Below, in pieces: positions 51,001 to 64,000 of a stretch of DNA of 64,000 nucleotides. The DNA is from Styela clava (Eukaryota): positions 19,778,001 through 19,842,000 of the forward strand of contig NC_135260.1 in the NCBI RefSeq assembly GCF_964204865.1, given 5' to 3'. The notes under the pieces are model-generated. The model worked only from the letters and a program-made list of their open reading frames with translations, had not been told where the DNA came from and did not search any database. Each line of letters opens with the position of its first letter. Position 1 is the stretch's first letter. The position numbers and the translations under genes are program-made.

Positions 51001-53079
51001 GGTTTTATTTCAAATGGACACTAGACATAATAAATGAGTTGATACATACTGATATGGATGGGCAATGAAGATTTACTCCAACACAGAGGAGCACTCTGCA
51101 CGTGGTTTAAAGAAAAGTGTAGCTTACGTTCGGATGTACATCTTTCATATTTGGTGTATCTTGAAAGCATGGATGAAGTGCTTCAGTCGCAATAAAAATC
51201 AGGAGCTAAATATAATTCAGATATCAGAGTACTGTTGTAAAGCAAAATCTTTTTTCAAGCCTCATGTTTTGATAGACTCAGTAGCTGCAAATTCATAAAC
51301 AACATAATTGAAAGTGTTATGACAAAAAAAAGAGATGCCTGAAATAATTGCCAGTAAAATGATTAGATCCGAAAATGACATTTTGGAATATTTTAGGGGT
51401 GCTGTGTTAAAAATGTTGGAAAAAATTTAAATATTGCGGTCATCCAGAAGATGTCTGCTACCACTTTTAGAGGATGGAATTTAGTTTGCTCATGTGTCCA
51501 TCTACAGAATACCTGTATTCATTAAGCATACCTCAATTGAATTTTAAAAGAATGAATATCCCAATAAAATTCAGTTTTTGAGGTGCGAGTAAAAATCCCA
51601 ATAAAGTTTAGTGCAATACAGCGGTGAGTAGTGACAGATGTTCTTCCTAGTCAATATTTCAAAAACTTCACATTGAAAATCGGTCTTGTGAAGAATTGTC
51701 AGATGATATCGAATAAGTGATATCATATAGATTTTCGTGTATTATGGATTCAAAATAACTTTTATTAAAGTGTAAGTACGATACGGTTCTCAACCTTTTT
51801 TAGTGTCAGAGCTTGTAATTGGCCTTGAATTTTAACTCTGACGTCTGGGAAAACCGCACTCGTGATGGATGTAGCAATAAATATTACAATAGCTAGATTG
51901 ATATTTATATCATGACATCTATTTCAGTCCGAAACATTTTTCTTTCCAATCACATTGAAACGCCCGATTATATTTATAAAGCGTTGCGAGCCTTTTTAAA
52001 GGTTTGCTTGACAAAATAAGAATTAAATATTTTGTTCGAAAATACCTAATATTAGCACAGTGTGCGCAATAACCTTCTTGTGATTAATGGAAACAATCTG
52101 AAACGTAGACTGGACATTGGGGGGTATTATGACATCATAATGAGTCGTTCCTTATATTTTCGAGCAACGTCTGGGCAAAGTATGAATCAATGTGTAATCC
52201 TTTGTCATTGAATGATTTCCAATATTTACGGTACCTTATATACAACCTTCCAAACAATTTTATATTCTAATTTTCACACCCAGAGATAACATAGGAGTAA
52301 CTTTGAACGTATATCACCCAAGACATTTCGGGGAGTCAACAACCGTATTTGATAAAGGAGATTTTCAAACTAACTAAACGAACAAAGCCACATTTGTCGT
52401 GGTTTGAAACACACCTATCGAAACCTGCAAAAATGATCGGATTACCTAAAAAGTCCTCCTCACTATCGGCCCTACATAATTTCCAGATAAACGTGCTATT
52501 ACAGTTTTCCAGGTTAGGATCGTGTCGGCCGTTGATTGGTCGTGGGACGTGATGGCGAGTGGCGACGTTTTGAATTTGGAGTTAGGTTTTCCAAATTTAG
52601 GGACACTCGATTCGGGCTACACACATCTTTCAATTGTCTCAAATTTTAAGTTGTTTTACTGTTTTATTATCAATTCTTATATCAATTTTACCGTTGTTTT
52701 AATTGAAGAATAATACCACACAATAGCAGTACTAAACAATCAAAGATTCACTCGTTTTACATTGTAGACAATAAAGCGGCCGTCAAAGAAGCCTCGTCTC
52801 GCAAAGAACCGTAGGTGAAATACCTGCGTACTGTACAACTTTTCTGTGATTTAGTTTCTGCGTCCACATTACAAATAATGTGTGTTCTTTCAGCTTAGAT
52901 TCAATTAATTTCAGCTGCAATATTCCCTAATTCCCCAAATCCCGCATTTGCTGAGTAAAAATCCGGAAACGTTGGTTCCAGAAATTTCAAATAGACAATC
53001 CCGAAGTGTGGAGTGGACTTTTGAACTTAGCTTTCTGTGCAGTGAAACTGACGTTACTTTGTGGTATGCAAGACAAGGT

Positions 53080-53330
53080 AGGGTCGGATTTACATATTTA
53101 TGCTCGGGGAGAGGAAAGCCGATAATGCGTATCAACCATACGGCGAACCACGGCCTCTCGTCCGGTTACCAGTCCATGTTGGGTATGGGATTAGTTAGCT
53201 AGATATTTGTTTTCAGATACATGGACTTGATGACGGAGGAAGCCGTGTACCACCATACGGCGTAGAGGATTCCAGCAATCCTATCACACATAATTTACTC
53301 CTCCTGATATTCGAACCTACGAACCAAGGT
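53080..53330 (-). mobile_element. Decayed copy of the same SINE
   Basis: ggatttacatatttat..ggggagaggaaagccgataa shared with the copy at 53514. Confidence 0.8.
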
Positions 53331-53513
53331 AATCAAAAAATATTCATTTGTCGATACATTCACTTGTCCGTTCTCAATCCCTTCTTGATCATTGCGTTTT
53401 TTCTTTGAATGCTGGAACTAAAAGTTACTATTGCATGTGCTTTCATACATTTGCCATAGTGCCAAAATCATAAATCCGGTATACAAAAGTACTTAGTTAA
53501 ATTTAACGAAGAG

Positions 53514-53925
53514 AGGATAGGATTTACATATTTATCCCGGGGGAGAGGAAAGCCGATAAGATGGCTTATCAATATGGCGAACCACGGACTCTCGTCCGGT
53601 TACCATTCCAAGTCGGGTATGGGATTAGGTATATTGTTTGTTTTCGGAAGCATGGACTTGGACTCTCGTCCGGTTACCATTCCAAGTCGGGTATGGGATT
53701 AGGTATATTGTTTGTTTTCGGAAGCATGGACTTGGTGGTGGAGGAAGCCGTAACCGACCAGCGGTTACGTGAACCACCCAACGGCGGCGAGGAGTCCAGC
53801 AATCCTCTCGCACATAAACATCTCTGCATGGGATTCGAACCTGCGAACCCACGCAGAGTAATTAGAGGTGCGGAGGCGAGCGTATTCCTAATGATTAGCC
53901 CGTTGAGCCACACCGCCGCGCCGGC
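53514..53925 (-). mobile_element. tRNA-derived SINE with an internal ~72-bp duplication
   Basis: Minus strand: A box tggctcaacgg, B box ggttcgaatcc, tail ...gtaaatcctatcct; a second decayed copy lies at about 53080-53330. Confidence 0.85.
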
Positions 53926-54647
53926 GACTTGGATGTTATTTGAATTAGTAATCTTACCATTGGATTCATCCCATATAAACTTGTTATTTAGCATTGATCG
54001 CATTATGCAATTTTTTTAAATCCTATCTCGCGACCGCATAAAAAGCTTTCGCAAGCAGTGTGCGCCCGCCAGCCCTACGTTATGTAGCCTATAATAGCCT
54101 GCGCCTACCGTATCCTGATTTCATAATCGGTTTTTATTTATTTGTTCCAAACAATCACTTTATTGCCTTATTTTGCTGATTAGGAGGTTGAAATAAACTT
54201 ATACTTCACTGCATTTAAAAACTTCATATTTTATATACTTTTCTATTAGTTTATAATTTGGCTCGTCATTTAGTGGTGCATCGAGTCATATGCGAATTTT
54301 TCTATAACTAAAATATTTTGATTCCATTTAGTACGATATCCACACTACTATTAAAATAGCATAAAAGTTGATAAAAGAATATTTATATATAATTTAATTC
54401 TTAATTTCTCAAAGATCTTGATTATAACAACCCTTTTGTAATTACACATCTCGAATCCGGTACCGGTATACGCTCCTGCACATTATGCCTTTGTTCTGAT
54501 TTGCGATTTCCCAAATCCCAATGGCTTATGTGGTTCTGCCATCTTTCTAAAATCCTAGTCCATTTTTACAAATTTCAAGTTTTTTGTTGCTTTTGTGGTT
54601 TGTCTTCAGGGCGTTCCAGCGTTAGATAATCAGCTTTTGTAAGTGTC

Positions 54648-57600
54648 ATGGCGGATAATATGGATGAAGATGATTTGGTTGTACCGTACAAAAAACTAAG
54701 AAAAGAGAAGGCCGGAATTGAGGGTGAAGATTTTGGAATTCAACCCAATTTAAGTGAGTTTATTTTAAAAGTTTTTATGGTACCGGTATATTGTGTACCG
54801 TACAGCCATATAGTCTACAGAACTCGAATGAACTGGATGAGGATATTCTGACAAGTCCAGAAGTCCTGTTGTTTCTAGCCATCACCCTCTAAATTCTAAA
54901 ACAAAAGTCGCAATCGCTTGTTTCTCTATTAATTTGTTACACAACTGATTATGTTAGTCTGTGACTGCTAGGCTAAAACCTCCTCGAATATTTATCAAAA
55001 TTCCAAGCACATTAATACCGTCAGACCGTATTTACTTTGACTTCATGTTAACATCATGGTTAAGATGACATTGCTGGGCTAATTTTCACTGTAGATTATT
55101 TACTTGTCATGTATATTCCTGTATTCTGTACCGTAATTTACAAAAATACAATGCATTATTTCAAAGTGTCTAGTGATGTCATTTCTGTATTATAATACTG
55201 ATAATATGTCCAAGTCCAGAGGTCGTAATGAAAAAAATCATAATATGAGTCTAATTTTCAATGCATATCTGCGTATGACATCATTTATGTAGTCTTGATG
55301 CGGCAGATTCAAAGATTGATAGTCGTAGCCCTGAAATACCAAGTCACAGATCAACTACAAACACGTCGATTCAGTTGGTTGGCTTTGGGTGAGCTTATAA
55401 TGTTAACCCTCGGACATAGAAAAGGTATTAGAAATGCATCAAGTGGGGAAAATTTCACTCTATCAATGCTTTATGTTTATATCAATTTGTTTTTTTCTCG
55501 TATTTACAGGTTCTCATTTCTCCAATGGGCTTGGTGATTCAAAGTATAAAAGTGGAGAATCAGCACCAGGACGTCATCTACGTTTTCATTCCGTTGAACA
55601 AGATGATGTCCAGAGTAGTTCAGGCAATAGTAGTAATATAGAAAATGAAAATCCCAATGATGAAGATAGCGGCAACATAAGTGATTCATCATCTCATGCA
55701 AGCTCTGGGGATTGGCAAAGAAGACCAGCTGGTTTGTAGCGGAGTTTTATTCAAAATTACGCTTTTTCAGGGTTCATTTTATTAATTTCAAATACCTTTC
55801 CCTCTTATTCTTAAGTAGTGAATAATTTGGTAATGATGCTTTTTTTTATTACAAAGCTGTATCCAATTCGAGTTAAAAGAATTTCGATTCAGATTCCAAG
55901 TTTTCAACATTATTTTATTCAAATGCCTGAGCCTTATTTCGATTAAAAAACTTGACTCGACTACAGACTGACTAGTCTCAAGACTCCAATGGCTTGTGAT
56001 CCACGGTTTAGGGACTACCCGACAATTATTATTAAACACATTCATGCGATCCACTCTGCAGCGCCGTAATATTGTATCATAAAAAGTTTAAAAAAAGTGA
56101 TATTATTCGTTCCTTTGACAAGGTATCTTTCTTCACAGGTATGATTGGATGGGTTCATGCACAGATGTTGTCAGGCGTCGATCCTAGAGAAATTCTTCAC
56201 CATCTTGTACCAAGTTTATCCAGTAGTTTACCTGTAGACATCAATCCATTTACGTTATGGAAACTTGTGAGTTTTTTTTTACCTTTTAACCCTAACAAAG
56301 CTGTCTTACAACCCATACGCTGGTGAAAAATCTTATTGCTCAAACATAGTTATATTTATGAAATTGATGCTGGCATTTTAAAACAAAATTTGTTTTGAAA
56401 AGTCTCTTTGCCATTGGAAACATGCAACTGCATCTTTTTTAATACAACATTGTTGAAGGGCCGCCACACTCTAATTCTAAAATGAAAGAATTGGTATTTG
56501 ACTCGACTTGGCACCGACCTAACGTGTATTGCCATAGCCTCGGGACTCTGTTGTCGTTATCTCCTAAATGAAGATGAACCATCCAACCAACCAAAGCGTC
56601 GTACGGCTGTACCATAAAAATAAGCAACCACTATAATTCGAGGTGGCACCTGGCCAACTTTGCATGCTTGGTGATGATCGTGATGCAGACACTATTCGAG
56701 GATTGATATGAGATCGCAATTTAAATTCAGAAGGTCCACGTTAAATCACAATCATATTCAGGCTATCAAAATCTTTGCTCTTTTGGTTGTCTTTTTCAAA
56801 CTTATACTTTTTTTGCTATTTCAGGTTTTAAACATTCTGAGTGAGCCACAGAGACGACCAAAGTTATCCCACATCAATTCATTGTCTGATGTTGTCAATC
56901 TGATAAAAAATGCAAAAAATATATTAGTACTAACTGGAGCAGGGGTGAGTGATGTTCTATCATCAGAAAATGTAAATCTTCAATAAGGCAAAGTGAGAAC
57001 TGAAGGGACATGATATATATACGTAAATGACTTCATCGAAAAAAATTGTCACCATCAAGGTTTATCAGAAAGCCGCCCGTCTTTAGTCTGGCCATCGATT
57101 ATATGGTGGCCATTCGGTGCCCTCATTATAAGTTTATATCTGCCCTAAAGTACAGAAATGAGAGGGAAGACAAGCCGTGAAGCGAAACATCTCTTTGTTT
57201 GACATGAATATTTATCTCGGAGCAGCTAGACGCCATATTTACAGATATTATAGCTTAGTTCTGGTTAGTTCATAGCTCATTTATAACTGAGTTTAATTGA
57301 ACTCAGAAAATTCTTCCCTCTGTCTGTTGTCACTAATTTAAATCTATGTTTGCAAGGTTTCAGTATCATGTGGAATTCCAGATTTTCGTTCCCGCGATGG
57401 AATATACGCTAGACTTGCAGTTGATTTTCCTGACCTACCAGACCCACAGGTTTGACTTATACTGTGTAAAAGTTTTCATGAGCAAATTGCATGACATCAT
57501 AAATAATATTTTCTTTGTTTCTAGGCGATGTTTGATATATCATATTTCACACAAGATCCTCGACCATTTTTTAAATTTGCAAAGGAAATATATCCAGGAC

Positions 57601-60600
57601 AATTCAAACCTAGCAGAAGTCACAGGTAGTTTTCAAACTTTTAAATTTTAAGAATGATAGATCATAGATGATAGTACTTTTTAGTGTTGGGGCAGTGCAC
57701 TCAAGTCATGATTTGTACTTGTAACCACCAGTACTCGACTTAACTTCGAACACTCGGACGAACTGTGACTCAAAAACCCTTAAAAAAAATGTTTTCATAT
57801 TTTGCGTAACTAATTCAATTTTCATATAGGTATATGTTTAATGACTCTTGTATCACATATTTTTTCACAATCACTTGCTAAAAGTCGCTACAAATGAGGG
57901 TGCTGCAGAAGTGTGTGTACCAACTACCAATATGGAGATAACTAATTTTGTCTTCCTACTTTACATCAAGTTGTGTGAAGCGACTGAAACCTATGGGCAG
58001 GGGGTATATTCACTGGGCTAAGGCAGACAGTCTCTGAACTTGTAATAGAACTAAAATGCGGAAAATGTGAATATAATTATGGCCTAACCCTAACCTGGTA
58101 CCAGGGCTGGGGAGCTGGTTCGAAATCATGATGGCTCCGGCTCCAGCTCCGGAGTCGCAGTGTATTCAATCTTTAGTTCCAGCTCCGGCTCCATAGCCAT
58201 TATCAGTAGTGCAGCCCAATAACGCATTTTGCTAATTGTTTTCTAAGTGTGGCATGTTATTTAGGCTGTAAACACCCTTCAAGTTGGTGTCATGATAATT
58301 CCTTTTTGTTCCTGCATGTAACTTTTGAATCCACTGAGAGTTATTTTATGCTGTATTTCCGGGCGAATCGATCTACCCAGCATATAAGGGTTTTACATAT
58401 AACCCACCCCACAATAAGACGGGAAGGAATATCGGCTTCTGGAATGGTCGCAGCGTTTGCGCATTCGGTAAAATAGCTCATAATGACTTTTTCTACCACA
58501 TAATATTTAACCCATAATAACTGTCTTTTTATTTTAATTTAATTGTGTTCAACATAACTGGCAATCATGCCGGCCAAATAAAATCTGTCGTGGGCCATTC
58601 TAAAGCAAAAATTATGGTGTTTTCTGTTTTATTTTCAGTATTTTATAATGTCGCTTTTTAATCAGGAAAATTTGGTTTGCGTATTGACTTCTTTATTTAT
58701 CTTAGAATTTCATCACCGGTGATTATGTAATAACTCGTTTTCTCACAAATATGGTGCGCGACACAAAACATATGTCTTGAGAAATTGTGATTAAGGGAAA
58801 AATAAACACTGAAATAAAAGATGTTATGGCCTAATGTTTATGGCGACTAAAACAATTGACGCTTTTCACGAAATGCAACGCACATGTGATAGTAACGGCA
58901 ATAGCCCTTCAACTCATGATAATTTAAACTGGCCTGACGGAGGGCAGGATTTTATGGTCCAAATTGAATAAGCAGACCCAAAATAATGGAAATTACCATC
59001 GTCACCCAATTAGATGCCGTCCCCCTCTCCCAAATCAGGCCAAAAGTTGGTTCTAGAATCGAGGCGTTTTCATAATTATCAGCGATGAGATGTTAAAGAT
59101 AAATAGAGAAGTCAATTCGCAAGCCGAGTTTCCACATTGGAGAGTTATTATAAGATACTAAAATGAAAAGGAAAACACTATAAACTTTGTTCTGGGAGAC
59201 TCCCAACAGCTAAAAAAAATGCCTTGTTAATCAGGTTAATCTCATTATATTTTTTGCCTACGACATATTATTTACCGGTTGACTTTGAAAATTATACAGT
59301 CACTAAAATAAATACTCGCGATATACTTTTTATATATTCAAAAAATAACAACGGAAATTGATGAGACTTTTCTCCAGAACATGCTATTTTATAGATCAAA
59401 ACAAGATATAATGGGGCACTTTGCCATACATTTTTATGCCAGGTGACTGCTGCGGAGCATTTTGGAGTAGTTAAACCTTTCTTTTGTCGTAAAACGACTC
59501 AATCTCGAGATATGTTGAACAGAATTGAAGACATTTGAAATGGATTGGATATTCAACGCCACGAAAAAATCATAATATGTTACATGGAAATTCCAAAATC
59601 ACTTCTTCGAAAATCCCTGGCCGTTAGGGTTTTTGAGCTTGACCGCAATCATGAAAAATTGCAGCTTAGTGGAAATGAGAATCAAAATTTTGATAAAAGT
59701 GAACCGCTTCAAATTTTGATACTAAACTTTCAAACATACAGAATAACTGAAAACTTTTTAAAAAATAGTAGGAACTAAAATTTTTAAAATGAATTATAAG
59801 CTGAAAAGAAAAGATTTTATCATTTGTAACGCTATCAGAAAAAAATTATAAATTTGAAAAACAAAAAATGAGATATTTAGGAGCTGGAGCCTGGAGCCAC
59901 TAAATTTTTGGTAGCTCCAGCTCCATCTGTTATGAAAAGCTTGGCTCCAATTCCGACTTCGGCTCCATCAAAATGTAACGGCTCCAGGCTCCGACTTCAG
60001 CTCCGGCTCCCCAGCCCTGCCTGGTACACACACTACGAGAGTACCCAAATAAGCACTGCTTTTATATTTTTCCTCCTATATGAGAAACCTGTTAAATACT
60101 CGCTTTGTCCCATATGGCAGAAATTGAGGTAGATTACCGGTTAATTGTTTCAAATCCGAATACATGTGGACTGTTATGTATTCAAATATTTGACATTTTT
60201 GATTTAAGATTTAAATTTTGATGAACTAAAATCTTAGTAGGATCCGATGTTCTTTACTTAATTTCCATCTTCCCCATTTCCAGGTTTATATCATTGCTAC
60301 AAAAGACTGAAAGATTGCTCAGGAATTACACTCAAAACATTGATACTTTAGAACAAGTTTCGGGTATATCAAAAGTTATTCAATGCCATGGTAAGTTAAT
60401 ATAGAAGATGTTAAAGAAAATTTAGTATTAAACTCGAAGTAAAATCTTGAAATGTCTGGAACTTTCCACAAATTATTTATTTTATATTCACTTTTTTCGA
60501 ATATATTTGGATATCATCTATCATCAAAATATAAACTGAAAACTAATGATTTGCACTGCAGATAACTATTTCATTTTACCTGTAAAAGTCAGTATTTAAT

Positions 60601-63600
60601 GAAATGAGGCCTTTTCAATATTAATATAATGCATAGAACATGCTATTGTAAAAAGAATGCACATCTTTTGTAATGAAAATACGGCGCTCCCGAAGTATAT
60701 GAACCAAGATGGCGCACAACCTGAACCCCAACCTGGTACACATAATATGTTAAGGTTGTGCGCCATCTTGTTGCACATACTTTGGGAGCTCCGAAAATAC
60801 AATACCAAAATTGACCAAATCCTATTCATATACTCAGTACATATACTCAGTTTCGAGCGTTTATTATTGTATTTGCTAATTCACGAGGAAGAGCAGCCAT
60901 ATTTTTTGTGCGAATTAAATAGTTCTGGGAGTGCTTGGAGTTGCAAACCTAAGTAAACCCAGAATTTTTCATAGTTTTTCTACGTTAGGAATCATTCATG
61001 TTAACTGAGTAAGCCAATGTACATCTGATTTTTCTAAAAACTTATATATTTTTTAGGCTCATTTGCTACTGCATCTTGTCTAAAGTGTCATTACAAGGTG
61101 GATTGTGAAGTGGTCAGAGAAGATATATTCAACATGGTTTGTTAATTTTCAATGTGAAAGCATAGATATAATTCTTATTGTCACAGCTACAGACGTTTAT
61201 ATTTTAACCCTTTCCGGTGGGCACGTATACGTACCAACGACAAAAGTCGCTAGATTGTGGCGGGTACGTTGATGTACTCCACTGTTTTATTTAGCAATCG
61301 GTCGCAAACTGTTGGTCTAGTTTTTTCGGGTTTTAGTTTATTGATAAGAAGTCTTCTTCGAGATTAACATAAGCGACGGTAAATCTCGCTTTCGTTTACG
61401 ACGGGAATTTTATTTGCGGGAGAACGATTGAGTGTTTTTGAAATTTATGCAAATTTCGGTGTTTTTTGGGTGGTAATAAAAGACATATTATCCCTTCCAA
61501 GTACCAAAGTATTTTTAGATACATCACGAAATTGCTACAGCAATATTATGCTATTGTTTGCCAACCACGAAGCGGTAACAGTCAAGGATTTAGCGAATAT
61601 TTCTTTTTTTTTATCACGGTTTGAAGTTTCAACTCTCAAGAAAAAAAAGCCTTTTTTCTATCCGGTTTGTGACTCAGACCACCACTTAGAATAAAACTTT
61701 TTTTTTTAATCGCCAATTGCAAGCTCTTTAAATAAGCTTTCCAACGAGCCGTCAGTGGGCAGCAGAGGATCATTAGTTTTTCGTTAGTCGATCGATTAGT
61801 TGTGGGGGTACAAATGCATAAAATCGGCGTAGCAAATAACGATTATTTAATAAAAAATAAAAATCGCACGGAAAGGGTTAATGATCTTGATTTTGAAATC
61901 TGATTTGATCAAATGTTAGGTGGCATCATTTCATAGATATCATATTATTTTAATAAAAAAAATATTTTAATTTCTGAATTTTTAATATTCTTATCTACTC
62001 TTGAATTATTTTGGAAATACTTTGCTTTTCTCTCTCTATTTCTTCAGAACGAATCTCAAAAACTTGGTGACTGGGTGGCCACTGTGCCCTACAACAAACT
62101 CAGGCTTTTTACCCCTCAGTCCTATGTTATATTAAAATGGTCCAGCTTCTCTGAATTTATATGAATTTATCTGAATGAAAGTATAGCTTTGTATTACCGG
62201 AATATTTATCCTTTTAGAAAGTACCTCGATGTCCGAAATGCCCTCCTGATGAAGAACTATCAATAATGAAACCTGACATTGTGTTTTTCGGAGAAAGTCT
62301 ACCTGAACATTTCCACAGGCAAATGTCAAAAGATAAACACGATACAGACTTACTCATTGTCATCGGATCATCTTTAAAAGTTAGACCAGTGGCCTTGATA
62401 CCAAGTAAGCATTATCTTTTATCCGAGTTGTTCGTAATTGGTAATAAATTGGCACTTCTGTATTTACTACTACTAGTAAGAAAAATATTGGTTTGCCTGT
62501 CAAAAAGTGATACCTAAGGCACTATATGTGTTTAGTTTGAATACTATTGTTGACGTAGTAGACTTAAAACACAATGTGAAGGAATGGGTTTATCTTAAAA
62601 ATTTCTAAGGGACGGTCTCATAGGCATTGGACCTAATTGTTGTTCTTCAAATGCTGAAGATATTGAGATTTGACAAATTGGCGTCGCAGGTTCGTCTTTG
62701 CCCACTTTCTCACCCAGGTTGCAATAAATTGGGTAAGCAAGGCAGAACAGGAAAGTTTTGGATCTTTGAAAATCAATAGCTGAAAACACCCCATAATAGA
62801 ATTGACTCTAATTTCTTTATTTTTGCAACTTTAGATTTTCTTTTTCATACTAAATACTATGGTCTTTATAATAAGGTAACATTCAAACTTTCATTTTTCT
62901 CCCAATTCACTCTCTAATTTTTAGATGTAGAGCATGCGGTAAAAGCTGACCACTATTTTGCAATTCTTGGATTTTTCCTCATTAAATCTTTTTTTATTTG
63001 CCCAGGTTCTCTCCCTGACCATGTGCCTCAAATACTCATTAATCGAGAACCTCTACCCCACGTACAATTTGACGTTGAGTTATTAGGTGACGGTGATACA
63101 ATTGTAGCTGAGATCTGCAGGAGATTGGGATCTGAATTTCTAGATATCGCAGAAGAACGTGATCCGTAAGTCATAGGCCTACTTGCTTTTATAAATACTT
63201 TTTTTTGTCAGGGAAAGTGGCTTTCAGTACAGTTTATTTTTAAAAAGACTAAATACTGTCAATAAGCCAATTCACCAGTTTTCTAATTTTTCTTTGCTAC
63301 CACCCACTCTATAGTCATATAATCTACCTAGAAGTAAAACAGATTTGAATGATAAAATAGTCTTATATGGATAATGGATATGTTAAACAAAGAAAGGTTT
63401 TTATGAAGGTTATATATTTTCCAAAAAAGGGGAATCACTAGTAAGTACAGAAAGTTGGCAAATTGTATCGGGTATTCCAGCCCAGAATAAGTTCTGTGAA
63501 TGAATTAAATATACATTTTTACTTCAACTATGAAATCTCCCCAAACTGTTTTACTTTAAAAAATTAATTTGTATATGCAACCACCAACATAAAAACCAAT

Positions 63601-64000
63601 TCTACAATCTTTTCAGACTTGTCGAAATTGACGTCTTACCTGATGAAAGTTCTCCATCGTCAAGTCAACAAACCTCAACAAAGACTTCAAATTCTGAAGA
63701 AAATGACCTGAGTCAAGAAGATACCAAACAAAATACAGATTCTATAACTTCTACATCAGAAAGTCAAGCGATCCTCACGGGTGACAAAAACAATATTTCA
63801 TCATCAGATTCTGAAAAAGTCTCTAGTGCCACAGATGTCACACCTTGCCAAACAAATACTGATAATGAAGATTCACAATCTTCATCTAATGTTCAAAATA
63901 AACCTTCAAGTTCAGCAAATGTCAATGTAACAGATGGCAAGAACATTTCCTCTTTACAACAATCAAATGATTCCAAACTTGTAGAAAGTGGTGATAAATT
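54648..64000 (+). CDS. SIRT1: NAD-dependent protein deacetylase sirtuin-1 (3' end outside window)
   Basis: Exons 54648-54753, 55510-55731, 56139-56266, 56825-56944, 57357-57449, 57525-57625, 60284-60390, 61057-61136, 62218-62404, 63006-63165, 63617->64000, with a possible extra exon at about 55293-55388. Motifs [42 protein letters not shown], CxxC...Cxx[29 protein letters not shown]. Confidence 0.97.
57899..60045 (+). mobile_element. GG-terminal MITE family, copy 5 (hosts a 1.9-kb hAT insertion)
   Basis: Family internal sequence on both sides of the insertion; TSD caaatgag / caaataag. Confidence 0.8.
58102..60019. mobile_element. hAT non-autonomous element with GGCTCC subterminal repeats
   Basis: TIR cagggctggggagc / gctccccagccctg; perfect TSD cctggtac. 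Confidence 0.93.
60683..60792. mobile_element. GG-terminal MITE family, copy 6 (110-bp minimal form)
   Basis: ggcgctccc...gggagctcc; inner inverted caagatggcgcacaacct; perfect TSD gaaaatac. Confidence 0.88.
61208..61877. mobile_element. piggyBac-like MITE
   Basis: TTAA|ccctttcc...ggaaaggg|TTAA. Confidence 0.85.

Noticed and set aside
53830-53925. tRNA gene
   Set aside because: A and B boxes are present but run into a dispersed repeat body with other copies in the window, so this is a SINE head
53561-54019. 152-aa and overlapping ORFs
   Set aside because: They lie almost entirely within the SINE and its internal duplication

Overview
AT-rich, intron-containing eukaryotic DNA. An invertebrate deuterostome, probably an ascidian, is my inference from gene content and repeat types. 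All gene models were assembled by hand from splice sites and phases. (1) 1500-24269 (+): a complete 17-exon, ~1251-aa class I (gp130/LIFR/Domeless-type) cytokine receptor with signal peptide, Ig domain, a cytokine-binding module carrying WSSWS, apparently four further FN3 domains, TM, Box1 (FWPTIPEP) and a long tail that has YxxL/V but no YxxQ motifs. One of its introns is GC-AG. (2) 29319-33621 (+): a 5-exon, 163-aa WBP1/VOPP1-like PPxY membrane adaptor. (3) 45199-46188 (-): an orphan 7TM protein with an intronless CDS and no DRY or NPxxY. (4) 54648 to the window end (+): SIRT1, 3' end outside the window. The non-coding space is dense with transposons: a 5.5-kb TIR element in (TA)n that carries a 95-bp satellite array; a near full-length I-group LINE fossil interrupted by six DNA-transposon insertions, two of them nested in another; six copies of a GG-ended MITE with 8-bp TSDs; hAT and piggyBac MITEs; a tRNA-derived SINE; Gypsy and RLE-type retrotransposon fragments; and a 173-nt foldback just 3' of the receptor stop codon.
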